DNA from: Candidatus Iainarchaeum sp.
GTDB lineage: Archaea; Iainarchaeota; Iainarchaeia; Iainarchaeales; JAFCCW01
NCBI GenBank assembly: GCA_017609985.1
Contig: JAFCCW010000009.1
Span: 1 to 31,211 of the forward strand
Length of the DNA stretch: 31,211 nucleotides
Reading direction: 5' to 3'
A model generated the notes under the pieces. The model saw only the letters and a program-made list of their open reading frames with translations, did not search any database and had not been told where the DNA came from. Position numbers and translations under genes: made by a program. The first letter of the stretch is position 1, and every line of letters begins with the position of its first letter. Below, piece by piece: positions 1 to 9,211 of this stretch.

Positions 1-137
1 GAAAAAAGTTTTCCGCCAATGTTTTTGCGCACTCTGCAATTGCCTGCATTGCCTTCTTCAATCACGCAGGAGCGATTGCAGGCAGTACACTGGACTTTTT
101 TGTCCGAAAGGGATTTAAAAAAGACAGCTTCTTTCAT
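1..137 (-). CDS. amrS: AmmeMemoRadiSam system radical SAM enzyme, N-terminal fragment (runs off the window start)
   Basis: Manual translation from ATG at 137: MKEAVFFKSLSDKKVQCTACNRSCVIEEGNAGNCRVRKNIGGKLF. This matches the AmrS N-terminal CxxCxxxC...CRVRxN-GGKL pattern. Not in the ORF track. Confidence 0.8.
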   Translation of the reverse strand, partial: MKEAVFFKSLSDKKVQCTACNRSCVIEEGNAGNCRVRKNIGGKLF

Positions 138-202
138 AACATACTTTAAGCGGTTTGGTTATTTTAATTCATTAGGACTGGAATAAATCAAGGCGAAACA
201 AA

Positions 203-1477
203 ATGAAACAATTCAACGCAGATATGCATTTCCACGGACTGTACTCCGGCGGGGTAAGCAAGTTTATGAAGCTGGATGTCATAGCAGAGCAGGCAAGGCT
301 CAAAGGGCTTGATGTGATTGCAAGCTCGGACATACTGCACAAGGGCTGGTTTGAGCATGCAAAAAAAGAAATTATTGAAGATGGAAATGGATTGTTCAAG
401 CACAGAAAGCACGACACATTTATCATACTTCAGACAGAAGTAGAGTGCGATGACAGATTTCATCACTTGGTTTATTTTCCAGACTTTGCTTGTGCTGAAA
501 ACCTAAAAGAAAAATGGAAAGGAAAAGCAGTGTTTGACTCCTGGGGTTGCGGAAGACCACGTGTTAGAATGAGCGCAGAGAAGATTGCAGAAGAAGTTTT
601 TGATGCAGGGGGCTTAGTTGGGCCAGCTCATGCATTCACGCCATATTTTTCACCCTATGCACACTTTGATTCCGTGAAAAAAGCCTATGGACAAATGGGA
701 AAAAAAATTTCATTCATTGAACTTGGGTTAAGCGCTGATACATTCTTTGCAGACCAGATAAAAGAAAACCATGGCTATACTTTTTTGTCAAACAGCGACT
801 CGCACTCTCCCTGGCCTGTGCGAATTGGAAGAGAATTCAACAGAATCAAGATGAAAGAACCAAGCTTCAAAGAATTCAAACAAGCAATGGAAAGAAAGGG
901 AGAATCAAGAGTTGAAATGAATATTGGAATGGACCCAAGAGAAGGAAAATATCATTGCTCCGCCTGCAACCAGTGCTTTGAAAGACACTCCATGAAAGAA
1001 GCAGAGGAAAACAACTGGAGATGCTTGAACTGCGGTGGCATAGTAAAGAAAGGAGTTAGAGCAAGAATTGAAGAGCTTGCGGATTGTGAAGAAGGACAAC
1101 ACCCGGAGCACAGAGCAGAATACCTGCACACGATTCCGCTTGCAGAAATAATTGCAATTGCCCTGAATGTAAAGGGGGTTAACACGCAGAAAGTCCAGTG
1201 CGCCTGGAGAGACTTTGTGGACAGGTTTGACTCAGAAATAAACGTGCTTGTTGATGTTCCATTTCAAGAAATGCGAGAAGTGAATCAAGAAATTGCAGAA
1301 AAAGTCAACGCTTTCAGGCAAGGCTGGGTTCTTTACAAGCCAGGCGGAGGCGGAGAATATGGAGTGCCAATTATTTGCTCAAGCAAGGAAGAAACTGAAA
1401 AGAAAAGAAACGAGTTGGGGCAAGAACTAGAATGCAAAAGTTGTAATGCAGGACAAAAAAGATTGAAGGAATTTTGA
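203..1477 (+). CDS. Endonuclease Q / TIGR00375-family PHP-domain DNA repair nuclease
   Basis: DMHFH PHP motif, GPAHAFTP, ELGLSAD, SNSDSHSP, GREFN, GKYH plus Zn-finger cysteines (CNQC...CLNCG), GGGGEYG, and a C-terminal PIP-like QKRLKEF. Confidence 0.9.
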   Translation: MKQFNADMHFHGLYSGGVSKFMKLDVIAEQARLKGLDVIASSDILHKGWFEHAKKEIIEDGNGLFKHRKHDTFIILQTEVECDDRFHHLVYFPDFACAENLKEKWKGKAVFDSWGCGRPRVRMSAEKIAEEVFDAGGLVGPAHAFTPYFSPYAHFDSVKKAYGQMGKKISFIELGLSADTFFADQIKENHGYTFLSNSDSHSPWPVRIGREFNRIKMKEPSFKEFKQAMERKGESRVEMNIGMDPREGKYHCSACNQCFERHSMKEAEENNWRCLNCGGIVKKGVRARIEELADCEEGQHPEHRAEYLHTIPLAEIIAIALNVKGVNTQKVQCAWRDFVDRFDSEINVLVDVPFQEMREVNQEIAEKVNAFRQGWVLYKPGGGGEYGVPIICSSKEETEKKRNELGQELECKSCNAGQKRLKEF

Positions 1478-2263
1478 TGGAAATAATACACAATCTCAAA
1501 CGAAGGCTTGCTTCAAAAAAACGAAAGAGACTACGAGCAAAAAGAGATGACATAAAACAGGCAATAAGAGAGGATAGGGACAGAAGAAAACCAATAATAA
1601 GTCCAGAGTGGAGAACAGATGAGTCCATTAGGCTTGGAAAAGAAGGGGCAGAAATAGCAAGAAAAATTGAAATAGAAGCCAGAAAAAAAATAGGAAAAAA
1701 ATTAAGAATCAGATGCAGTGTTGTCGGAAGCGTTATGATTGGCAAAGCTCACAAAAAAAGTGATATTGATTTGATTGTTGTTTATTCAGGAAATAAAATA
1801 GAAAAAGAAGGCAAATTGAGAAAAGTAATAAGAGACAAAATTAAAGAAGAAGCAGGAAAAACAACAAGACTTGACCTTGAGCATGAAGGCGTGGTCAGAT
1901 TCATAAACACTGATGAACTTGCCAGAGGAATACAAGCTTATGCAAAAGGATGTGGGAAAAATAAAAGAATTGAAGCACCAAACTTTGTAGTTGGAATGAC
2001 GGCGGATCTTTTTATGCCAAGAACCAGCTTTTTAGAATTTAGAAAAAAAAATTTTGAGAGAAATTCAGAAAATTCCAGAAACAGACAGAGCCTATTTCTG
2101 GAGCAATGTGCAATCACACTGGAATCATTGGCTAAATCTTAAACTAAAAGAAACTTTTATGGCAAATGGAATGAGTGAAAAAGAAGCTGAACAGGAAATA
2201 GGAAAAAGACAAGAAAACGGATTAGCAGACTTTGAAACAGTTTGTAGAATATATGGAGTTTAA
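1474..2263 (+). pseudogene. Pol-beta superfamily nucleotidyltransferase with basic N-terminal extension, split by a frameshift at an A9 tract (ORFs 1474-2142 and 2054-2263)
   Basis: GSVMIGKAHKKSDIDLIVV (GS...DxD) motif. Removing one A from 2043-2051 joins both ORFs into 262 aa. Confidence 0.65.
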
Positions 2264-2280
2264 TTCTGAAAAGGAAACAA

Positions 2281-3063
2281 TCAACGAATATAGCTCAAGT
2301 CTTTTGTCGGAGTTTCTTCTTCTTCTTCAAGCGCTTCAATCTGCTGAGCTAACTGAGCAAAGGCCTTCTCAATGTTTTTTGCCTCTTTTTCAATCGAACT
2401 CATGTTAATGTCAAACTCGAATTTTTTAACAAGCATTTCAATAAGCTTTTTTGCAGAGCCATGATCTCCATAAACAAGTGAAGCATTTGTTTCACCCATA
2501 AGACAGGCACCAGCAATACTGTTTTCCTTTGCAACTCCCAATATCAAGCCTGCGGCTCCAGAAATAAGTCCTTCTTTTTTGTCAACTTTTGCGCCATTGC
2601 TTTTCCATTCTTCAATAACTTTCTCGCTAGTTCCTGCAACAATTATGCCTGGATCACGCTCTAGTCTTTTTTCTCCAATGTTTATTCCCGCAAGAGTAAC
2701 AATTTCTTTTACTCCAAGAGACTTTGCGGATTCAACAATTTTTGAAGCAAACTCATAATGTTCTTCGGAAGAACCAGACCTGTAATCAAGAGATGGTTGA
2801 ACAGGACCTGAAAGAAAAATAAATGTTTTTCCTTCTTTTTCAAAAGCATGCAATTCATCTTTTATGAGGGAGAGAACTCCTTTTTTTGTGTGCACGCTTG
2901 GAGGAAAAGAATCAGAAAACACTTCTCCAATTTTTTCAGTTTTAAGATGTTTAAGTAAATAATCAACAGTTATTTTTCCAACCAAGCCAATGCCCGGCAG
3001 TCCAGTGAACAGAACAGAGTCCTTGTATTTTTTTTCAGACAAAATATTTACAGTTGTAGGCAT
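2281..3063 (-). CDS. PAC2-family proteasome assembly chaperone homologue
   Basis: GLPGIGLVGKI, ISGAAGLILG and CLMGET motifs, C-terminal LSYIR, and the usual position downstream of aIF2-alpha. Start taken at ATG 3063. Confidence 0.9.
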   Translation of the reverse strand: MPTTVNILSEKKYKDSVLFTGLPGIGLVGKITVDYLLKHLKTEKIGEVFSDSFPPSVHTKKGVLSLIKDELHAFEKEGKTFIFLSGPVQPSLDYRSGSSEEHYEFASKIVESAKSLGVKEIVTLAGINIGEKRLERDPGIIVAGTSEKVIEEWKSNGAKVDKKEGLISGAAGLILGVAKENSIAGACLMGETNASLVYGDHGSAKKLIEMLVKKFEFDINMSSIEKEAKNIEKAFAQLAQQIEALEEEEETPTKDLSYIR

Positions 3064-3150
3064 AGGCACCAAAAACAATTGAGTTACAAAACATTAAAAA
3101 AGGCATAAGAGAGCAAAAGAAAAAACAAGAGTTTATTGCTTTCAACCACT

Positions 3151-3921
3151 TTATTCAAGTTTCTTGAAAGAAGCAGTGCCTCCAAGAGACTCTGTTTCTT
3201 TAATAATAGATTCAGAAACATCGTTAAGAATTTTTTCAGCATTCTTGAAGTCAAAGGAAACAACTGAAAGCATGTATTTTCCAGAACCAGCATAAAAAAC
3301 CTCTATTTCTTCTTTTTTGAATCCATCAAGAGACTTTTTGAATGCTTTTTTAATGCGCTCTACACCGTCAGAGGCATTGTTTGAAATAGAAAGTTCTCCC
3401 TTCACAGTCTTTTTTGGAACAACAACATTTTTTTCAACAAGGTCAACAAAACTGCCCCTCCATTTTTCAGGAAGATCTGAAGCAAATTCAATGCCCTGCA
3501 ATGAAATTTTTTCAAAAGCATCCTGAAGCGAACCATTTTTTTCAATTAAGGGTTCTGCAACAAGTTCCCAGACCTTGTCAAAATCTTCCTTAACTGAATC
3601 AGCAAAAATTTCAATAAGTTTCTTGTTTCTCTTAAAGCGCTTCCATTCCTCTATTCTTTTGCCCTGAACATTTGCAGGAACCTTTATGAGGGAAAGATCA
3701 ATCTGTCCCTTGTGAGAATCAATCGAAATAACCTTTGCAGCACGAATTTGACCCTCTTTAACATAGTTTCTGATATTCTTAACCCAGCGAGAAGCTACCT
3801 CTGAAATATGAATAAAGCCTCTGGCATCATCATATTCTAGAAGCTCAACAAAAGCACCGTATCCAAGCACTTTTTTGACACGGCAAACCGCAATCTCTCC
3901 AGGTTCAGGAAATTCAGTCAA
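3151..3921 (-). CDS. eif2a: Translation initiation factor aIF2 alpha subunit
   Basis: FPEPGE S1 domain, YGAFVELLEY, GFIHISEVASRWVKNIR, KGQIDLSL. TTG start abuts the rps27e stop. Confidence 0.95.
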   Translation of the reverse strand: MTEFPEPGEIAVCRVKKVLGYGAFVELLEYDDARGFIHISEVASRWVKNIRNYVKEGQIRAAKVISIDSHKGQIDLSLIKVPANVQGKRIEEWKRFKRNKKLIEIFADSVKEDFDKVWELVAEPLIEKNGSLQDAFEKISLQGIEFASDLPEKWRGSFVDLVEKNVVVPKKTVKGELSISNNASDGVERIKKAFKKSLDGFKKEEIEVFYAGSGKYMLSVVSFDFKNAEKILNDVSESIIKETESLGGTASFKKLE

Positions 3922-4116
3922 CTATTTCAGCTCCTTGACAGACTTTGCCTTAATGTCTCCCATTGAAGAAGAACTTTCAGCAAGCACATTGCCGCAAACA
4001 AGACACTTGACTGTTGAAGCAGGAGCAGTAAAAATATTCTGCTCGTTTCCGCATCCTTCACATTTTACTTTTACAAAGCCCTTGCTTGGCTTTGGAATAT
4101 GTTTTTTTTCATCCAT
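3922..4116 (-). CDS. rps27e: 30S ribosomal protein S27e
   Basis: IPKPSKGFVKVKCEGCGNEQNIF...VKCLVCGNVLA zinc ribbon; synteny with aIF2-alpha. Confidence 0.95.
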   Translation of the reverse strand: MDEKKHIPKPSKGFVKVKCEGCGNEQNIFTAPASTVKCLVCGNVLAESSSSMGDIKAKSVKELK

Positions 4117-4134
4117 AAAAAACCACCTTTTTCC

Positions 4135-4686
4135 TTATTGTTTGTTGGCAATCTTGCGTGACAAAAGAAGTTTTGCAACCTTTTCAGGAAGTTCAACAGA
4201 GTCATCCTTTGAAAACGGGCCATACTCCTTCATGTCAGCTCCAACAAAAGAAGGAACATCCTTTAAAATTCGCAGAGAAACCTTATTTAAATCTTTTCCT
4301 GAAGCTTTCTTTTTTGAATCAGCTTCAAAAAGCAGGTTAAGGCTTTCTTTGTGAGCCTCAATTATTTCAATAAGCTGCTTGAAAGTTTCCTTTTCAGAAG
4401 AAGAAAGACCTGTTTCATCAAAGTCTCCTGTTCTGGAAGAAATCAAAGCCTTGTTCAAAAGCTTTTTTTCACGAAGAGAAAAAATTTCTTCCACAATTCG
4501 CTTAAGATTTGAAAAATTTCTTGCCTTAATTGCTGAAAAATCGCGTAGAGAATCAAGATATGTTTTTTTTTCAGAGTCAACAAATTCCTTTACATCCTCA
4601 AAAAAAGAGTCATCTACTTCAACCATTCGAGAAGTATTTTTTTCAAGCCGGTAAATCCGTCTTAACTCGTCGTAACTAATTTCCAT
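4135..4686 (-). CDS. GINS complex subunit (Gins15/51 type)
   Basis: MEISYDELRRIYRLEK A domain and C-terminal B domain LRILKDVPSFVGADMKEYGPF..VELPEKVAKLL; directly downstream of priS. Start taken at ATG 4686. Confidence 0.85.
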   Translation of the reverse strand: MEISYDELRRIYRLEKNTSRMVEVDDSFFEDVKEFVDSEKKTYLDSLRDFSAIKARNFSNLKRIVEEIFSLREKKLLNKALISSRTGDFDETGLSSSEKETFKQLIEIIEAHKESLNLLFEADSKKKASGKDLNKVSLRILKDVPSFVGADMKEYGPFSKDDSVELPEKVAKLLLSRKIANKQ

Positions 4687-5923
4687 TTTCTCCACCAACA
4701 AAAGCATAGCCGCGAGCAACAAGATATGCTGCTGCGAATTCAGGCAACTCAACTTCCTCTTCTTCAAAAGGACCAAATGAAGTGCCTGCTAGGAAAATCT
4801 TTGGAACTTTCTTAATAAAAACCTTTACAGGCTTGTCAGAAAAGACAACAGCATCATCAAAAGGATGAAAATCGGAAAGATTCTCAAAAGAAACAGTCTT
4901 TGCAACCAACCCTGTTCCTCCGTGAATAGTATCAGGCACGCGAATGATTTTGTGCAAGTCAACCGAAGTCTGCCTGTCAATATCAAGAGAATTCTGTTCA
5001 ACAACATAAGTTATAAGAGAATCCCAAAAATCAGAATTTGTCTTGGGTCTGCCAGGAAAAGAATGAAGAACTCCTTTTTCAGAAATACCCTGAACAATTG
5101 ATTCCCTTGATTCAAAAAATTCAGAAACTTTTTTCTGAGACTGACCAGAGAGTGAAGAAACAAGCTCTTGATTTTCTCCTTCAAAAAGAGATAAAAGACC
5201 CTGAGCAATTTTCTTCTGCCAGCCAAAAGAAGAAGATGGTTTAGGGCAGAGAAGCATCTTGTTGTCCTGAATAAATCCAATCAGGCGAGGGTCAAGGCTA
5301 TTGCCAGTTAAATAATCAAGCAATTCAATTCGCGCCTCTCTTGAAAGAGAAAAAATTTTGTCAGAGCGAAGATGAACATGATAGCCAGCATTTCCTGAAA
5401 AATTTATTGAGAGCCCATCAGAAAAACCAAAATCGTTTTCAAGAAACTCGATAAGACTAAAGACTTGTTTTTTTGCTTCATCCATGCACTGCTTGCAAAA
5501 GAACTCGTGAACCTTAACAGAAGAACCGCACTTTGTGCAATTATCAATAGAACCCTTTCCTGTTGCACCGCACTCTTTGCTCAAGCAGACCCACCAATTG
5601 TGATTCTGCTGGCAGGGAATTCTGAAATCATCAGCATCAAATTCGTAAATAATGTCTGCCCCAATAAGACTCTTGGCAGACATGGGACGACGCGAAGGAA
5701 ACTTGTAACAGGCATTAGAATAAGAAATAAAAAGTGGAGCTGACTCCCGTAAAAAAGAATTAAACTCTTCCCCTGACTGAAACGAAAGATGACGCTGAGA
5801 AATCTTTCTGCCAAACTCACCTATTCCAAACTCTCTCTGCTCTGGTTTTGGAGGTGGCGCCACCTTGTTAACAGAATAGTAATTTTTGACAAGTGATTCA
5901 ATGAATTCCTGCTCCCCAGCCAT
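4676..5923 (-). CDS. priS: DNA primase catalytic (small) subunit
   Basis: REFG, EFDADD, FSGNAGYHVH and IDRQTSVDLHKIIRVPDTIHGGTG motifs; GINS-B-like C-terminal domain. Start taken at ATG 5923. Confidence 0.95.
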   Translation of the reverse strand: MAGEQEFIESLVKNYYSVNKVAPPPKPEQREFGIGEFGRKISQRHLSFQSGEEFNSFLRESAPLFISYSNACYKFPSRRPMSAKSLIGADIIYEFDADDFRIPCQQNHNWWVCLSKECGATGKGSIDNCTKCGSSVKVHEFFCKQCMDEAKKQVFSLIEFLENDFGFSDGLSINFSGNAGYHVHLRSDKIFSLSREARIELLDYLTGNSLDPRLIGFIQDNKMLLCPKPSSSFGWQKKIAQGLLSLFEGENQELVSSLSGQSQKKVSEFFESRESIVQGISEKGVLHSFPGRPKTNSDFWDSLITYVVEQNSLDIDRQTSVDLHKIIRVPDTIHGGTGLVAKTVSFENLSDFHPFDDAVVFSDKPVKVFIKKVPKIFLAGTSFGPFEEEEVELPEFAAAYLVARGYAFVGGENGN

Positions 5924-5975
5924 GAAAAAAAATGTGTTCAAAAAAGGTTAAAAGGAGAAAGAACAATAATAAAAC

Positions 5976-6896
5976 ATGGATTTTTCAGAATTGATTTTGT
6001 TAAACAAAGAATTAATTGTCACAGCATTGATGCCCTTGCTGGTTCTTATAGCAACCTTTTTTATCGCAAAAATAGTAAGTATTGTACTAAGCCAACATTT
6101 TTCAAGAATTTCCAAAAGAATGAGAGTAAATGAAACACAATTTGTTGTAATAAAACGACTCGCGGTTTTGTTTGTTTACTTTGTTGGAATAGTTATTGCA
6201 GCATACATGATTCCCGCACTTCAGGCAGCAAGCGTCTCCATTTTTGCCTCAGCAGGAATTCTTGCAATCGTAATCGGTTTTGCAACACAGAAGGCTCTTG
6301 GAAATGTAATAAGCGGAATATTTCTTGCATTCACACAACCGTTCAGAGTCGGAGACAAAGTATCTATTCAACAAGAGTATGGTTCAGTTGAAGACATTAC
6401 ATTAAGACACACAATCATCAGAACATGGGATGACAGGCGTGTGATAATTCCAAACAGCAAGGTAGACGAGGAAACAATAATCAACTACACTATTGGAGAT
6501 TCCCGCGTCCTGAAAACCATTAACATTGGAATAAGCTATGACTCAGACATAGATCTTGCAAGAAAAATAATGCTGGACGAAGCAGTAAAAAACGAGCACG
6601 TTATAGAAGGATTTGAAAAACATGACTTTGTAGGGGGAGGAAAAAAAGCAAAGGTAAGAGTTACAGAATGCGGAGACTTCAGCGTAAACATGCGCCTCTT
6701 GTTCTGGGCAAAAGACCAGCCAACCGGAGTCAAAGCAGGATTTGAATTAATAGAATCAGTAAAGAAAAGATTTGACAAAGAAGGAATAGAAATACCTTTC
6801 CCATACAGAACACTTGTTTACAAAAAAGACATTAAAAAACCAAAAAAAATAAGTGAACAAGAAAGAAAAAAAATTAAAGGAGGCGAAGAAAAATGA
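5976..6896 (+). CDS. mscS: Small-conductance mechanosensitive channel (MscS family)
   Basis: Three TM helices, GFATQKALGNVISG, PFRVGD, GSVEDITLRHT, IPNS, GIEIPFP. Confidence 0.92.
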   Translation: MDFSELILLNKELIVTALMPLLVLIATFFIAKIVSIVLSQHFSRISKRMRVNETQFVVIKRLAVLFVYFVGIVIAAYMIPALQAASVSIFASAGILAIVIGFATQKALGNVISGIFLAFTQPFRVGDKVSIQQEYGSVEDITLRHTIIRTWDDRRVIIPNSKVDEETIINYTIGDSRVLKTINIGISYDSDIDLARKIMLDEAVKNEHVIEGFEKHDFVGGGKKAKVRVTECGDFSVNMRLLFWAKDQPTGVKAGFELIESVKKRFDKEGIEIPFPYRTLVYKKDIKKPKKISEQERKKIKGGEEK

Positions 6897-7108
6897 TTGG
6901 TGAAGCAGCAGGAACAGCAGGCGCAGTTCTTACACTTGTGATTTCTGCATTAATCCTTGTGGTTCTCGGACTTGTTTTCTTCTTAGTGAACCTGTGGATT
7001 ATACAGTTTGCAGCAGAGCTTCTGAAACTACAGCCGGACGCAAGCATGGTTGTTTTAAGCGCGGCAATTCTATCAGCAGCATCAATGATTGGCTCAAAGC
7101 ACAATTAA
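6893..7108 (+). CDS. Small hypothetical membrane protein (2 TM)
   Basis: GGAGG RBS, 4-bp overlap with the mscS stop, hydrophobic 71 aa. Confidence 0.7.
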   Translation: MIGEAAGTAGAVLTLVISALILVVLGLVFFLVNLWIIQFAAELLKLQPDASMVVLSAAILSAASMIGSKHN

Positions 7109-7124
7109 TGCTTTAGCCAATTGC

Positions 7125-7164
7125 TTTTATTTTTTTGAATCTTTTTTTATTTTCATTTTTGTTT
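7125..7164 (+). terminator. Oligo-T tract, probable archaeal intrinsic terminator
   Basis: Several T4-T7 runs just after the 7108 stop, on a strand that is otherwise A-rich. Confidence 0.45.
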
Positions 7165-7219
7165 CTTGAAGCAAAGCAAACCAAATATTTAATAATTCTG
7201 AAAACATTCTCTTCTTGAA

Positions 7220-8182
7220 ATGTACTCAATACTAGTCTGCAAAGCAAACAAGCTTCTTGAATCAAAAATCGGAGCAGTAAACAAACTGCTTAAAGAAAAA
7301 GAAACAACAGTATGGATAGATATAGAAAAACCAGATGAAGAAGACAAAAAAATTTTATTAGAAGTCTTTGATTTTCATCCTCTTGCAATAGACGACTGCG
7401 CACACTTTACACATCTTCCAAAAGTTGACGACTTTGGAAACTATATTTTTGTGGTGTTTCACAGAATATTCTTTGACGAAAAAACAAAATCCTTCAAGCT
7501 TGTTGAACTAGACTTGTTTTTGGGAAAAAACTTTATTGTGACAGTGCACGGAGGGAACAGCCCGGGAATTGAAGAAGTAAAAGAAAAAGTAAAAAAATCA
7601 TGCGCATTGATGCAAAAAGGACCAGAATATGTTTTGCACGAAATACTTGAATTTAATACCCAAAACTATTTTCCGCTTTTAGAGCATCTTGACGAAAGAA
7701 TTGAAGCATTGGAAGAAAGAATACTGAAAGGAAACATAAAGGATGCAATAAGAGAAATAATTACCCTAAAAAAGCAGGTTTATGATTTGAAGAGAAGCCT
7801 GCTTCCGCAAAGAGATGTAGTAAACAGGCTTTCAAGAGGGGAGTTTCCAGCAATAAAAGAAAAAGCAAGCGTGTACTTCAGAGACATCTACGATCATATT
7901 CAGCGAGCCCTAACAGAGCTTGATGATTTCAGAGAGCTTTTAACAGGAGCATACGAGGCACACTTGTCAATCATGTCAAACAGAATGAACGAAATAATGA
8001 AAAAACTCACAATTGTTGCAACAATCTTTATTCCGCTTACATTCATCACCGGACTTTACGGAATGAACTTCAGGTTCATGCCCGAGCTTGAGATATGGTG
8101 GGCTTATCCATTAGTTTGGGGAATAATGATTGCGGTTGCATTTGCAATGCTTGTGTACTTCAAAAAAAAGAAATGGTTCTGA
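7220..8182 (+). CDS. corA: Magnesium/cobalt transporter CorA
   Basis: FHPLAIDD, YFRDIYDH, MNEIMKKLT and the GLYGMNF..MPEL signature. Confidence 0.95.
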   Translation: MYSILVCKANKLLESKIGAVNKLLKEKETTVWIDIEKPDEEDKKILLEVFDFHPLAIDDCAHFTHLPKVDDFGNYIFVVFHRIFFDEKTKSFKLVELDLFLGKNFIVTVHGGNSPGIEEVKEKVKKSCALMQKGPEYVLHEILEFNTQNYFPLLEHLDERIEALEERILKGNIKDAIREIITLKKQVYDLKRSLLPQRDVVNRLSRGEFPAIKEKASVYFRDIYDHIQRALTELDDFRELLTGAYEAHLSIMSNRMNEIMKKLTIVATIFIPLTFITGLYGMNFRFMPELEIWWAYPLVWGIMIAVAFAMLVYFKKKKWF

Positions 8183-8183
8183 A

Positions 8184-9203
8184 TCAAGAAGACTTTTTTT
8201 CCTGTTTCTTTTGCAAATCAAGCTCGCGCCTGTAAAACTGAAGAGGGTGCTTGACAGGGCACTTTGCAGTGCAGACATTATGGTCTTGAAGAGTGCGACA
8301 GGAAGCTGCGTTGTATTTTTTTCCCTTTACTCCTGCAATTCGTTCAACCTGATAGCGGGTTGTGCGCTCGTCAAAGTTTGCCTGCTTTTTGAAGAGCTCC
8401 ACAATCTGTTCAGACTGCATTCCAACTGCGGCAAGAAAAGAAGAAATATGATAACGAGCATAGTGAGGCAAGGGCGAGCCATTAAGAAGTTTTGTATAGA
8501 GTTCTGCCATACAGGGAGGAAAAGCATCAGGAGAAAGCTTTCCTGAAAAAGAATTTTCAAATTTTTTTTTTCTGATAGCAGTCACATGCCTTGAAACAGA
8601 GGGTGCTCTGTCAGCAAGCTGTTTGGGAATACTTTTAGTCGGAACAGGAAGAGAAGAAAGAATTAAAACAAAAACATGCTCTGAAATAAATCTGCAGAAG
8701 TCATTCACGTCAAGAAAAACTCTGCCCTGCTTCACTGGCTTATTAACAAGCTTTAAAAAATCTGAACGAAAAGAAATCTTGAGAAAATCACTTATTTCCA
8801 TTGAAGCAAAGAAAGGAGATTCAGAAAATTCAAAAGAAATCCCGAGTTCTTTTGCAAGCCTTAAAGCAGTGTCCTGCCTGTTTTTCTCACTTTCAAGATA
8901 TGAAAAACTTGAATCAGAAATCATTGAAGCAAACTGCCTGTAAAGGCGCTCGTGACCAGTAGCAGAAACAAGAATTTTCGCAACAGGAAATGCGAGAACC
9001 TCTTCTTCCAAAACCTCTGAATGACTTGTTCCCTGAAGAAGATACTGTTCAGAAGCAGCAGCCTTGGAAATCATAAAAAGAGCACGCTGAACAATCGAAT
9101 CTGGAATGCTCTCTGGAGAAATATTTAATTCTTTGACAATCTTTCTTGAAGTTTCAGAGAAAGGATAACGTTGCGCAAACAACAAAGTTTGAGAATCCAT
9201 CAT
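8184..9203 (-). CDS. priL: DNA primase large subunit
   Basis: RYPFS N-terminus, FPPCM, HYAR, YQVERI and Fe-S cysteines SCRTL..CTAKC..HPLQFY. Start 9203 or 9200 (GTG 9215 possible). Confidence 0.92.
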   Translation of the reverse strand: MMDSQTLLFAQRYPFSETSRKIVKELNISPESIPDSIVQRALFMISKAAASEQYLLQGTSHSEVLEEEVLAFPVAKILVSATGHERLYRQFASMISDSSFSYLESEKNRQDTALRLAKELGISFEFSESPFFASMEISDFLKISFRSDFLKLVNKPVKQGRVFLDVNDFCRFISEHVFVLILSSLPVPTKSIPKQLADRAPSVSRHVTAIRKKKFENSFSGKLSPDAFPPCMAELYTKLLNGSPLPHYARYHISSFLAAVGMQSEQIVELFKKQANFDERTTRYQVERIAGVKGKKYNAASCRTLQDHNVCTAKCPVKHPLQFYRRELDLQKKQEKKSS

Positions 9204-9211
9204 AAAAAAAC

